A stretch of 64,000 nucleotides of DNA, taken from NCBI GenBank assembly GCA_030390025.1, contig CM059431.1, forward strand, positions 107,014,001-107,078,000, given 5' to 3'. A model generated the notes under the pieces. That model worked only from the letters and a program-made list of their open reading frames with translations. It was not told the origin of the DNA and searched no databases. Position 1 is the first letter of the stretch. Every line of letters begins with the position of its first letter. Below are positions 23,520-35,985 of this stretch, piece after piece. The stretch comes from Squalus acanthias. Taxonomy: Eukaryota. The position numbers and the translations under genes were made by a program.

Positions 23520-26372
23520 AAACCAGACGGACCATGCGACATCGACCTCGACACTGGCTACGGACACGACAATGGCACACCCAGCCCAGTCAACCCTGCA
23601 AAGTCCTCCTCACCAACATCTGGGGACTTGTGCCAAAATTGGGAGAGCTGTCCCACAGACTAGTCAAGCAACAGCCTGACATAGTCATACTCACAGAATC
23701 ATACCTTTCAGCCAATGTCCCAAACTCTTCCATCACCATCCCTGGGTATGTCCTGTCCCACCGGCAGGACAGACCCATCAGGGGTTGCGGCACAGTGGTA
23801 TACAGTCAGGAAGGAGTGGCCCCGGGAGACCTCAACATTGACTCCGGACGCCATGAAGTCTCATGTCTTCAGGACAAGCATGGGCAAGGAAACCTCCTGC
23901 TGATTACCACCTACCGCCCTCCCTCAGCTGATGAATCAGTACTCCGCCATGTTGAACACCAGTTGGAAGAAGCAGTGAGAGTAGCAAGGCACAAAATGTA
24001 CTCTGGGTGGGGGACTTCAATGTCCATCACCAAGAGTGGCTCGGTAGCACCACTACTGACCGAGCTGGCTGAGTCCTGAAGGACATAACTGCCAGTCTGG
24101 GCCTGCGACAGGTGGTGAGAGAACCAACATGAGAGAAAAACCTACTTGACCTCATCATCACAAATGTACCAGTCTCTGATGCATCTGTCCATGACAGTAT
24201 TGGTAGTAGTGACCACCGCACAGTCATTGTGGAGACAAAGTCCTATCTTCACACTGAGGACACTCTCTATCATGTTGTGTGGCACTACCACCGTGCTAAA
24301 TGGGATAGATTCAGAACAGATCTAGCAGCTCAAAACTGGGCATCCATGAGGCGCTGTGGGCCATCAGAAGCAGCAGAATTATATTCCACCACAATCTGTA
24401 ACCTCTACCATTACCATCAAGCCAGGGGACCAACCCTGTTTCAATAAGGAGTGTAGAAGAGCATGCCAGGAGCAGCACCAGGCATACCTAAAAATGAGGT
24501 GCCAACCTGGGGAAGCTGCAAAACAGGACTACATGCATGCTAAAAAACGGAAGCAGCATGCTATAGACAGGGCTAAGCGATCCCACAATCAACGGATCAG
24601 ATCAAAGCTCTGCAGTCCTGCCACATCCAGTCATGAATGGTGGTGGACCATTAAACAACTAACGGGAGGAGGAGGCTCCATGAATATCCCCATCCTCAAT
24701 GATGGTGGAGCCTAGCACGTGAGTGCAAAGGACAAGGCTGAAACGTTTGCAACCATCTTCGGCCACAAGTGTCGAGTTGATGATCCATATCGGCCTCCTC
24801 CTGAGGTCCCCACCATCACAGAAGCCAGTCTTCAGCCAATTCGATTCACTCCACGTGATATCAAGAAATGGCTCAGCACACTGGATACAGCTAAGGCTAT
24901 GGGCCCTGACAACATCACAGCTATCGTGCTGAAGACTTGTGCTCCAGAACTAGCCGTGCCTCTAGCCAAGCTGTTCCAGTACAGCTACAACACTGGCATC
25001 TATCCGACAATGTGGAAAACTGCCCAGGTATGTCCTGTCCACAAAAAGCAGGACAATTCCAATCCAGCCAATTACCGTCCCATCAGTCTACTCTCAATCA
25101 TCAGCAAAGTGATGGAAGGTGTCATCAACAGTTCTTTCAAGTGGCACTTACTCACTAATAACCTGCTCACTGATGCCCAGTTTGGGTTTCGCCAAGACCA
25201 CTTGGCTCCCAACCTCATTACAGCCTTGGTCCAAACATGGACAAAGGAGCTGAATTCCAGAGCTGAGGTGAGAGTGACTGCCCTTGAAATCAAGGCAGCA
25301 TTTGACTGAGTGTGGCATGAAGGAGCCCTAGTAAAACTGAAGTCAATGGGAATTGGGGGAAAACTCTCCACTGGCTGGCGTCATACCTAGCACAAAGGAA
25401 GATGGTTGTGGTGATCTTCAGTTGCTTCATCTATGACCTTCTCTCCAACATAAGGTCAGAAATGGGGATGTTCTCTGATGACTGCACATTGTTCAGTGCC
25501 ATTCACAACTCCACAGATAATGAAGCAGTTCATGCCCGCATGCAACAAGATGTGGACGATGTTCAGGCTTGGGCTGATAAGTGGCAGGTAACATTCGCAC
25601 CACAGAAGTGCCAGGCAATGACTATCTCCAACAAGAGTGAGTCTAACCACCGCCGCTTGACATTCAACGGCATTACCATCGCCGAATCCCCCATCATCAA
25701 CATCCTGGGGGTCACCATTAACCAGAAACTTAACTGGACCAGCCACATAAATACTGTGGCAACAAGGGCAGGTCAAAGGCTTGGTATTCTGTGGCGAGTG
25801 TCTCCTGACTCCCCAAAGCCTTTCCACCATCTACAAGGCACAAGTAAAAGAGTGTGATGGAATAACCTCCACTTGCCTGGATGAGTGCAGCTCCAACAAC
25901 ACTCAAGAAGATTGACACCATCCAGGACAAAGCAGCCCACTTGATTGGCACCCCATCTACCACCTTAAACATTCACTCCTTCCACCACCAGCGTACCGTG
26001 GCTGCAGTGTGTACCATCTACAAGATGCACTGCAGCAACTCGCTAAGGCTTCTTCGGCAGCACCTCCCAAACCAGCGACCTCTTCCACCTAGAAGGACAA
26101 GGGCAGCAGGCTCATGGGAACACCACCACCTCCAAGTTCCCCTCCAAGTCACACACCATCCTGACATAGAAATATATCGCCGATCCTTCATCGTCGCTGG
26201 GTCAAAATCCTGGAACTCCCTCCCTAACAGCACTGTGGGAGTACCTTTACCACACTGACTGCAGCGGTTCAAGAAGGCGGTTCACCACCACCTTCTCAAG
26301 GGCAATTAGGGATGGGCAATAAATGCTGACCTTGCCAGCAATGCCCACATCCCATAAACAAATTTAAAAAAA
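23520..26372 (+). mobile_element. LINE family 2 (APE endonuclease + RT, CR1/L2-group-like), degenerate ORF2 with 3' UTR and A tail
   Basis: TNIWGL...PDIVILTES...YRPP, SDH, GPDNI, NYRPISLLS, QFGFR, KAAFD and FSDD motifs spread over several frames. The exact clade cannot be resolved by eye. Confidence 0.9.
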
Positions 26373-27099
26373 AGTTCCCCCTTTGCAATATCAGAGAGAT
26401 GTGATTAAATTCTCAGATTTCTAACATTTTGAATGGGGCAGCGTCGCAAACATTGCCACTACTTGAGTAACATCTTCAGCAAGTAAGAGTTGTTGCAACT
26501 GCGCCAACAATCCCGTATCAATCTGAAATACCTGCACAGAATACCAATTGCAAAGGTTCGTAAACTCCTGCCTGTGGAGCAGACACTGTGGTCACCAAGG
26601 CCTTTGTCCTTTTAGATGGGTAAGTTCAAACGTAGACTATGGTTGAAAGAGCACGCATCAGACTACAGGAAATCTTTGATATGTGCAATGGTAAATCAGA
26701 ACAATTCTGTAACTCTTTCTATCATCCCGGTAACCACTAAGGTCAAACTATGTGAGCTTGTGGCTGCACTCCAATCTGCTATGAAATATATATGTAGAAA
26801 AAAACTAGCTCTATTCACTCCTGAATTTTATTTTGTTTTATGGGTATTTGAGAATAGGAACAGTACGAATATGAAACGCAAACTTTTAGTATATGGGTAT
26901 GAGATCCATGTCAGATTCCGTGGTTCCATCCGGTGCTGTAAATATGCCTTGGCATCCCTTTTGGTATTGATATGAGAGCTGACCTTGATTAAATGGAACT
27001 TTATGCTGAGAGAAACTCTTTAAGAGTTACATTGCCGAACAGATTGTTTCTTACACTGCAGAATAAATTGCTTTGCTGACTTGATGGAATGGATTTATT

Positions 27100-27700
27100 G
27101 GTCCGAATTTTACCAGGCCGATGACGGCGAACGCACAGCGTACGCCGCCATAAGTCCTCAGAATGGCCCCGCAAGTTCTGGGTTTCCGCACGCGATGTGC
27201 ACGTGCGAAAACCCGTAACTCGCAATCTGTCAAGTTTCTCTGCACGCGTTCCAAAAACACTTCCACTGCCACAGAATCGTGCTATTTGCCCAACTACTGC
27301 CCAGCGAATGCCCACTAAACCCTTACGCCGGGTAAAAGTAGGCATCGGACTTGCTTTAAGCAGCGTAAGGGTTAAAATAAATGTTAAATTACAATTTTAA
27401 AAATGATTAAAACATACAAAAACATTTAAAATTAGTTCATGTAAATTTTGGGCGGAGTAAAAATTTTATTATTTTTCCCAAAATTTACATTTTTATTTTA
27501 AATGCTTAATCAAAGGGACTTTTAATTCATTTTTGAACATGGGAATATTTATTTTTTTGTTAGTTGTGTTCATTATTTATTTATTTCGGGATTTCTCATA
27601 AGCTTGCGAGGAATCCCCCCTTTCTAAGTGGTTGGCCTGGCCCACGCGATCCCAGGAGCGCTTCCGAACCGCCTGCGTCCCTGGGATCAGTGGGCCTTTA
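27100..27700. mobile_element. Truncated Harbinger-type MITE
   Basis: Starts GGTCCGAATTTTACC, has an AT-rich core, and shares GGCCCACG.GATCCCAGG with 31729-32487. Confidence 0.55.
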
Positions 27701-27709
27701 CACAGATGA

Positions 27710-27810
27710 ATGCGGTGAGATGAAGAGGGGTGGGAGGAGGCTCATGTGGAGTACAAACACCGGCGCGGACCAGTTGGGCCGAATGGCCTGTTTCTGTGCT
27801 GTAAATTCTC
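27710..27810 (+). mobile_element. CR1-type 3' tail fragment (LINE or SINE)
   Basis: Ends GGGCCGAATGGCCTGTTTCTGTGCTGTAAATTCT. Confidence 0.6.
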
Positions 27811-28906
27811 TGTTAAAATGACATGAAGTAGAAGAGCATCACTTTACGATGGGAGAATGCAACGTTTTGTTAAGAATGAACCTTGCTGGTAAATTGCCAT
27901 TTCTCCATCTTTACAGAGCCATCACACACACGGATTGTGTATTCCATTGCTGGATTACGAAACTTTTTGACAGCATTACTGGCTAAACACCCATTTAGCT
28001 ACTTATCTATGAAAGGAGCAATGCAACATGCGCACAGTAATAGGTTGTATTTTCTGTCAATACTGCCAAAGAAGTCTTCAGTTCACAGTTCACAGAATCA
28101 TCTTCAGGCAATTTGTGCTCAGTCATCTTTTTGCTTGCTTTTCATTAAAATCCATGAAAAAGGACATTCTGATGATATAAACTGACCATTACAAAAGCTT
28201 GCACATAAAAACACTTTGGCCCCGTTATTTATGGGGAGAGATTGAGGAGCAGAGGAGTAGGGGAGTGGGGGAGCTGAGCAGTCGGGTTTCCCGGAGATGT
28301 GGGTAACACGGAGGTCCTATCGAATTTAAAAGGCAGGACATCATTTGAATTTCTCTCGCCGTTTCCCGGCTGGCAGCCAGCCAGATTGAGAGACTGGCTG
28401 GGTGTCGGGCAGGAAGGCTGGCAGCCAGAGAGCGGAGAGGAGAGGAGAGGAGAGGAGGGAGGGAGGGAGAGATCGGGGGGTGGGTGAAGACATTGCGGAC
28501 ACTTGCTGATGTCAGCAGCACCATCATTATCAAGATGGGTCTCCATTGACTTTTTTTTTTAAGAAGAGGCATGTTCCTTCATCTCTTAGAATATATCATA
28601 TCTAGATCCTGGTGCTAATAGAATTTTCATTGCTTCATCTGCACAGTAAAAGCAACTTTCAAAGTGGCCACTTTCCACTTTCCTGATAACTGCTTTGGAG
28701 AGATCATTAGCAATAGCAGCTGGTTCCTGATGGCTAAATACCATTAATGATCTCTCCAAATGGTTACTATTTTCTAAATGTTCACTTTGGAAGTTGCTTC
28801 TGTTTTGTAGCTGAAATGACAGGAAAATGAATTGATGCTGGCAACCAAATACTGGAAGAGTACACTGTGTAGCAAGAAGAGTGAATCTCGGTTGTAACAT
28901 ATCACT

Positions 28907-30345
28907 GAGGAGCTAAATTGTTATGGAGACAAATAGCTGAGTATGCCATCCAATTACATCAATCCCTTTCCTGAATTTCCTACGTCTTTTCGCCCAGAGA
29001 CACACCTAACCCGGGCGCAAAGCAAATACTTAAAAGTTCACGGAAAATTGGGCTTAAGTGTAATTATGATACGCCCAAATCTCCTTAGTCGTTTATCTAT
29101 CTCTCTTCCCGAACGCATCACGCCTCATAATAATGGCCCCGCTCCCCAAGCAACGGAGACTTATACGCAAATTTCCTGCAATTGCGCTTCCTCAGAGGGT
29201 CTCTTCAGATCACGACCAGTTTTTCAGTCGTACGGGCACCCACAGTCACCTGAAGGAGGTGCAAATCAGCTGCTTCAGGAAGCGTTGAAGCCGTTCCGAT
29301 CCTGTTATTGCAGGCAGCCGTTTCACAGTCCTTCTGGTAAATAAGAATGCCTCCTTTGCTGGCTGTACCCCTGCCTGCCATTATCATGGGGGAGGAGGAA
29401 AGGAGGGAGAGGGAAAGAACCAGAGACAGGAGGCCTGGAGAGTGAAGCACTACTAGTGGAGATGGCGCCCCACATGTTAGTACCCGGCCCGACGAGTGTA
29501 CAGGCCTCATCTGGCGTTCCAGGAGCTGTCTGAGGAGATGGCTGTGCGACTTGCCCCGTGATGACTTCAAGCCCTCGGTCCACATGTGGCAGAGCCTTAA
29601 CTCTGGAAGTGTAGGGCACCACAGCCCTCAACTTTCATTGCTCTGGATCCTTCCTGGTGTCCACGGAGGGCCTATACAGGATTAGTCAAGGGGCACTGAG
29701 CACTTACATTCAGCAGGTGACTGATGCCCATTTCCATAGTGCTGGGGGAGTCCATCAGATGTGGAATGTCCGTGGTGGAGCAAGGGCAGAGGTCATTGAG
29801 TTTCTACAGGATCGCTGGCTTCCACGGAGTGCTGGGGGCGATCGATGGAACTCGTGTGGCACGAAAGGCTTCCCCTCAGAACCCACCAAACCTCATGAAC
29901 AGTAAGGGGTTACACTCCCTCAACGTTCCGCTGGTCTGCGACTCCTGGCTGTGCACCTTGCACTAGAATGCTCAGCACGCGAGGGTCTGTCATCATGCAT
30001 TCGCGCAACTCGGCCATCGCACGCAAGCTCAGCAACGGGCGATGGATCCACAGTGATCAGTCTTGCCCCTTTGCTGCCGTGACTGATGAGGCTTTTCACG
30101 TGCCACGGACCGAAGCAGAGGAGAGATACAATCGGGTACGTGCGTCCGCCAGGCAGGTGGTTGAGCGGTTGCGAGCTGCTTCAGGCTCTTGGACCTGTCT
30201 GGGGATTGTCCTCCAATTCTGTCCAGAGAGGACAGTCATCGTGTGCTGTGGCCCTGGACAACTTCACCCTAACAGAAGGTTCTAGATCTTGATGTACACG
30301 GGGGAGGAACCGATCGAAGCAGAAGATCATCTCCCTCCACCCCAA
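28907..30345 (+). mobile_element. Truncated Harbinger transposon
   Basis: Carries the transposase relic listed below. The left end is GGAGCTAAATTG-like and no right TIR was found. Confidence 0.65.
29385..30290 (+). pseudogene. Harbinger (HARBI1-like, DDE_Tnp_4) transposase pseudogene
   Basis: FYRIAGFHGVLGAIDGTRV...NSKGLHSLNVPLVCD and PRTEAEERYNRVRASARQVVER match Harbinger transposase motifs. Multiple frameshifts. Confidence 0.85.
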
Positions 30346-30378
30346 ATTAAAGAGATGACGAAAGAATAACGCTTATTT

Positions 30379-30470
30379 CAGATCAGCCATGATCTTATTG
30401 AATGGCGGAGCAGGCTCGAGGGGCCGATTGGCCTACTCCTGCTCCTATTTCTTATGTTCTTATGTTCTTA
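30379..30470 (+). mobile_element. CR1 3' UTR/tail only
   Basis: GATCAGCCATGATC...GGCCTACTCCTGCTCCTA followed by (TTCTTATG)n. Confidence 0.85.
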
Positions 30471-31064
30471 TCTCAGTGTTCTAGTACAGTTATAAGGATG
30501 GAGATGAATAAAGATTAGCTCTGCACACATTCATAAAATTCCCTCGTCGTAATGTTTTCCAACTGTAGTAAAAAAGATTCCTGTCTTCTTGTAACTTTAG
30601 CCGGTTCCTAATGTTTTCAGAGAGCCTGTTGATTTCCCCCACTGACTCCGAGAACTGATGTTGCTCTGTGATGGCAGCAATCAGGATAGAATAAAGTGGC
30701 ATTGCTAATAAGGTACTCTGCAGTAGCTGGAAGACATGAAAGATTTGTTTTCCTGCAGACAATGCCACATCTTAGAAGAGCAGTCAGATTTAGAAGATGA
30801 TGCTGCATTGGATTAGGATGATAATCCTGGTCCATTGGGCTCAGTAGGCAACAGACAGTCAGCCTGATCCCTCGGAAGTGCACACAGTATCAACTTGAAA
30901 GGACTGATTGCAGGGATGATCGGAAGTTGTAATTCCTGCACTCGCTGATGATTTTGTTGCTTGTAATATCATTTCTGAAGATGAAATGCTGGTTTGATGA
31001 ATTTTTTTAAAATGCTGTCGGCAATTTGGCTAAGAACACAATCCATGCAGATACAGATTGTATG

Positions 31065-31074
31065 CGTGTGTTTG

Positions 31075-31114
<40 letters not shown>

Positions 31115-31123
31115 TGAGTGTGT
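31065..31123. repeat. (GT)n microsatellite
   Basis: Directly visible. Confidence 0.95.
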
Positions 31124-31297
31124 CCCCTGTGATGCACTTTGGGCATGTTTTCTATGATAAAGCTGCTATATAAATGCAAGTTGCGTGCTATATACATGCG
31201 TGTGTATGTGTGTGTATAAAACAGATGGCACCTACTATGTCTTACATGATGTAACACTCCTAGCATTCTAAAATAGGTGTACAATTTTTTGTCTTTT

Positions 31298-31370
31298 AAC
31301 GCTCCTGTGAAGCACCTTGGAACGTTTTACTATGTTAAAGGCACTATATAAATACAAGTTGTTGTTGTTG
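31298..31370 (+). mobile_element. L2-type 3' tail
   Basis: CTCCTGTGAAGCACCTTGG...CTATATAAATACAAG(TTG)n. Confidence 0.7.
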
Positions 31371-31728
31371 TATCTTCTGAATCATTCCTAAGGGACATCC
31401 ACTAGTAGTATACAAAAAAATTTTGGAAAATTGATAAGGAGTTGTAATTTAATTTTAAAGTATACACACTTGATTATCCGAAACCTAATTGTAGTTTATT
31501 CCCTCCTGACTATCCATAATTCCATCCATAACTAGATACAGAGTGAAGTAAAGAGTCGCTTTAAGTGTGATTGACACGTGAGAGTGTCTCTAATAGGTTT
31601 AAAAACTGCTACGAATACGGCGACAACTTGTCCACCATATTACCTGCCCAATTAAAATCAGGAGAGGTTGGTCCCAGTCTGCCGAGTATGAAATCACTTT
31701 CATGTTATTGTTACAGCAGAAATCACAT

Positions 31729-32487
31729 GGGGCCAGAAATTCGGCTGTTGTCGGGTGAGTACGCGCTGTGTACTCACCCGTAAGGCCACCTGAAGTGACG
31801 GTTTCCTGCATGCACTGCGCATGTGCGGGAAACCGGAACTTCCGTTCCCCTGAAGGGAGGGGTTCAGAGGTGAACCGCGTGCACGGGAGAGGCTGCGTGC
31901 GCGCAGCGAACTTTGGTTTTTTTTTCAGGTTTCTCCGGGAAGGTAAGTATGAAGAAGCTGCGCTTTTAAAAAGGAAGCGCAAGACCCGTTTTTAACAAGG
32001 TAAGTGGTTAATTAATTACAATTTCAAAAATTTTTCAACAGGTTTATCTTTTTTAAATACTTTAAAGAAAGGTAAGTTTATTTTTAGCACTGTTAAAAAG
32101 TATTTTAATTTTTTTTTAATTTTAATTTTCGTTTAAAGTAGTTAATTTATTTAACTTATAGCTATTTTAAAAATGTGATTTTTTAAAAAAATTATTTGAA
32201 GTTTAGGTGTTTTGGGGCCGATTTCAATTCATAGATTTGACAGGTCTTCCTGTCAAATCTATGAATGAAAATTCCCTGCTAGGATTGGCTCTCCATGGCC
32301 CACGTGATCCCAGGGGACGCTTCGAACTAACTACGCCCCTGGGATACGCAAGCACTGCGCGCCGGCAGCTGCAGGAGGCCCAGGACCCAAAGTTCTCGTG
32401 GGCCCAAAACACAACGGCAGGCGCGGTAGGTAAGTACGCGCGCGATGCTTGCACCCGCAGGAAGCTGGAAAACCGAATTTCTGGCTC
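31729..32487. mobile_element. Harbinger-type MITE
   Basis: TIRs GGGCCAGAAATTCGG / CCGAATTTCTGGCTC. Homologous to 47572-48315. Confidence 0.85.
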
Positions 32488-32635
32488 ATTATAATCACAT
32501 ATAACAAAGTAAAAACAGGAGGCCAAGACTGTATTTGAAGGGAACAACACACTTGAGTGGTCTTTTGTTATTTTATATTATATGCATGGTTTATGTTTTA
32601 TCTCAATAAGGATATTTTATATTTTGAAAGAAAAT

Positions 32636-32860
32636 GTGCCTTCACCTGCCTCGGCCCTAAGCTCTGGAATTCCCTCCCTAAACCTCTCCGCTTCTCTACC
32701 TCTCTCTCCTCCTTTCAGACCCTCTTTAAAACCTTCCTTTTTGGCCAAGCACCTGTCCTAATATCTCCTTATGTGGCTCGGTGTCAAAGTTTGTCTGATA
32801 ACCCATCCTGTGAAGCGTCTTGGGATGTTAAAGGTGCTATACAAATGCAGGCTGTTGTCG
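32636..32860 (+). mobile_element. L2 LINE 3' fragment
   Basis: AFTCLGPKLWNSLP..LR...SLSSFQTLFKTFLF, then the tail. Confidence 0.8.
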
Positions 32861-32917
32861 CATATGGTTATTGGTGGATAATATCATGTGCCAGGAAAGC
32901 GGATGACACCCAATTTA

Positions 32918-33415
32918 CAACAACAACAACTTGTATTTGTATAGCGCCTTTAACATAGTAAAACGTCCCAAGGCGTTTCACAGGAGTATTATAAGACAAA
33001 AAAATTGACACTGAGCCACATAAGGAGAAATTAGGGTAGATGACCAAAAGCTTGGTCAAAGAGGTAGGTTTTAAGGAGCGTCTTAAAGGATTAAAGAGAG
33101 GTAGCGAGGCGGAGAGGTTTAGGCAGGGAATTCCAGAGCTTAGGGCCTAGGCAACAGAAGGCACGGCCACCAATTGTTGAGCGATTATAATCAGGGATGC
33201 TCAAGAGGGCAGAATTAGAGGAGCGAATGGGACTTGGTGCGAGTTAGGACACTGACAGCCGAGTTTTAGATCGCCTCAAGTTTACGTAGGGTAGAATGTG
33301 GGAGGCCAGCCAGGAGTGCGTTGGAATAGTCAAGTCTAGAGGTAACAAAGGCATGGATGAGGGTTTCAGCAGCGGATGAGCTGAGGCAAGGGCGGAGACG
33401 GGTGATGTTCCGGAG
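32918..33415 (-). mobile_element. L2 LINE 3' fragment, internally deleted
   Basis: ORF 33266-33454 (LRNITRLRPCLSSSAAETLIHAFVTSRLDYSNALLAGLP) is a typical L2 C-terminus. (ACA)n tail. Confidence 0.88.
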
Positions 33416-33885
33416 GAATTTATGGGAAAAAATAATCCTGGGGTGTTGCTGCATTATGTAGCAAGAAGGATAGCGTTGTAAGCATAGTTTTGTGGCATAT
33501 CACTGATAGTTACCCCTGATTTAAAAGAAACAAGCAAACCTCACTACATTACCCATACCAGAATGGATTTTCTTTATGATCTTGCAAAGTGCAGCTTATG
33601 TTAACAACTGCAGTTCCATACTCCTTTCCATATAAAAATAATAGTTTAAAATGAAGTGGAAACAGTTAATTGAAATGAATACTTATCTACATTGTAAGAT
33701 ACTTAAGAGATTCTTGTAGCTTGTTTCACGAACACTGCTGTTGTTTATCGGAGTACCACATTTTCAATAAGACACATCTAAATACCTCATTGTACACTAC
33801 AAGTGTTGGGACACAACCCATTGAATAAATTTTCATAATTCGAAGGTTCTCCTATTTGCATAATCACCTGCAGGGATTTAGCCTA

Positions 33886-34345
33886 GTGTCAGCTCTGGCT
33901 CAGTTGGTAGCACTCTTGCTTCTGAGTCAGAAGGTTGTGGGTTCATAGTCCCCCTCCAGGGACTTGAGCATGCAAACCAAGGCTAACACTCCAGTGCAGT
34001 GCTGAGGGAGCGCTGCACTGTCAGAGGTGCCGTCTTTCAGATGAGATGTTAAACCGAGGCCCCGTCTGCTCTCTCAGGTGGATGTAAAAGATCCCATGAC
34101 ACTATTTCGAAGAAGAGCAGGGGAGTTATCCCCGGTGTCCTGGCTAATATTTATCCCTCAGCCAACATCACTAAAACAGATTATCTGGTCATTATCACAT
34201 TGCTGTTTGTGGGAGCTTGCTGTGTGCAAATTGGCTGCCGCGTTTCCCACATTACAACAGTGACTACACTTCAAAAATACTTCATTGGCTGTTAAAGCGC
34301 TTTGAGACATCCAGTAGTCGTGAAAGGCGCTATATAAATGCAATT
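33886..34345 (+). mobile_element. Full-length tRNA-derived Deu-type SINE (SacSINE1/AmnSINE-like core, L2-like tail)
   Basis: A box TGGCTCAGTTGG, B-box-like GGTTCATAGTCC, core GGTGCCGTCTTTC.GATGAGA.GTTAAACCGAGG...AAAGATCCCATG and tail GGCGCTATATAAATGCAA. Confidence 0.88.
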
Positions 34346-35035
34346 CATTCTTTCTTTTATTTTGTTCTTCTCTGGAACTACCTTAGATGAAGTTCCAAAA
34401 TCAGTTTGCTATATAATACACTGCTGTAAATCCTGCCATAAGTCCTGCCCAGCCTCGGATTCATTGACTGACACAGAGGTGTCAGTGGACACTCTGGAAT
34501 TTCTTACTCCTGAGTGGGGAAGTTAATATTACAGGAATAGAAAAAGAAATGGCATTGTGGCCTTCGGATGAAACAAATCAAGAAAAGACGCAAACAAAAA
34601 TGTAGTTCCATTGCTATCTGCCTGTGTAAAGGTGTTCCCTTGAGCTTGAGCCTGAGCTCATCACGTTTTATCATTGCACATCAAGGTGTCAGAAACATTA
34701 CAAGGAGAATAAACGATAATTATTTCCTTCTGGTTTTATTTTTCTGACCGTGTCATCCTCCAGGGGCCAGGCATTTAGAAAAAGCTTTCATTCTGTCAAT
34801 AATTAGCCTCTAATTGACTTTGGGATGTGCCTATTTAGACCCTCTGCACTTTCTGTAGCTGGCCAGTGGCCTTAAAGGGGCAGGCCAGGTTAAACACAAC
34901 TACATATTGGAGGCTAAACATTGCAAATGTACTCCAGACTATCGATGAGCAATACAGTGCATGGGAAATCATCTATTATAAAGATGAGCTACATTATTTG
35001 CTCCCGATGTTTGACCTTCCTGTTAAAAAGACAAT

Positions 35036-35196
35036 GGCCCAAAAATTCGTGAGGAAGCCTTCGTGCGAGGGTAAGCCCTCCCCGCGATCTCTCACTCCGC
35101 GTTGGCTTTTTCAGTTCCAGCTCGCACGAACTTGATGTTCTGGACAGCTGCTATGCTGGGCTTGCGTATCCCACCGGCGTAGTTAATTCGTGCGAC
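35036..35196. mobile_element. One end of the MITE family seen at 47572-48315
   Basis: Reverse complement of about 48155-48315 (TTGCGTATCCCACCGGCGTAGT, CCAGCTCGCACGAACTTGATG). Confidence 0.8.
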
Positions 35197-35199
35197 AAT

Positions 35200-35985
35200 A
35201 TATGTCCAGGTCAGGATGGAGGTGGTGGTGTTCCCATGCACCTGCTGCCCTTGTCTTTCTAGGTGGTGGAGGTTGCGGATTTGGGAGGTGCTGTCAAAAT
35301 AGCCTTGGTGAGTTGCTACAGTTCATCCTGTAGATAGGACACACTGCAGCAATGATGCGCCGATGATGGAGGGAGTGGATGTTTAAACCAAGGGATGTAG
35401 TGCTGATCAAGTGGGCTGCTTTGTCGTGGATGGTGTCGAGCTTCTTGAGTGTCGTTGCAGCTGCACACATCCTGCAAATGGGAAGTATTCGATCACATTT
35501 TTTGACTTGTGCCTTGTCGGTATTGGAGAGGCTTTGGGGAGTCAGAAAGTGAGCCACTCATCACAGAATGCCCAGCCTCTGACCTGCTCTAGTAGCCACG
35601 GCATTTATGTGGCTGGTCCAGTTAAGTTTCTGGTCAATGGTGACCCCTAGGATGGGAGATTCGGTGATGGTAATGCCGTTGAATGTCAAGGGGAGGTGGT
35701 TAGACTCTCTCTTGTTTGATATGGTGATTGCCTGATACTTGTGCAATGTGAATTTTATTTGCCACTTTTCAGCCCAAGCCTGCATGTTGTCCATGTCTTG
35801 CTGCATGCATGCACGGACTGCTTCATTATCTGAGGAATTGAAAATGGAACTGATCACTGTGCAATCATCAGTGAACATCCCCATCTGATCTAATGTTGGA
35901 GCGACAGTCTTTCATGAAGCAGCTGAAGATAGTTGGGTGTAGGACGCTGCCCTGAGGAACTCCTGCAGATATCCTGGGTCTGAAA
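35200..35985 (-). mobile_element. LINE family 2 fragment
   Basis: ORFs 35561-35884 (MFTDDCT...MQQDMD...) and 35294-35557. Confidence 0.88.

Noticed and set aside
32636..33220. Tail-to-tail L2 fragments as one TIR element
   Set aside because: Each has its own LINE tail and they differ in extent and sequence, consistent with two independent retroinsertions.
33886..33960. tRNA gene
   Set aside because: This is a tRNA-derived SINE head that continues into the SINE body, with no complete cloverleaf or terminator.
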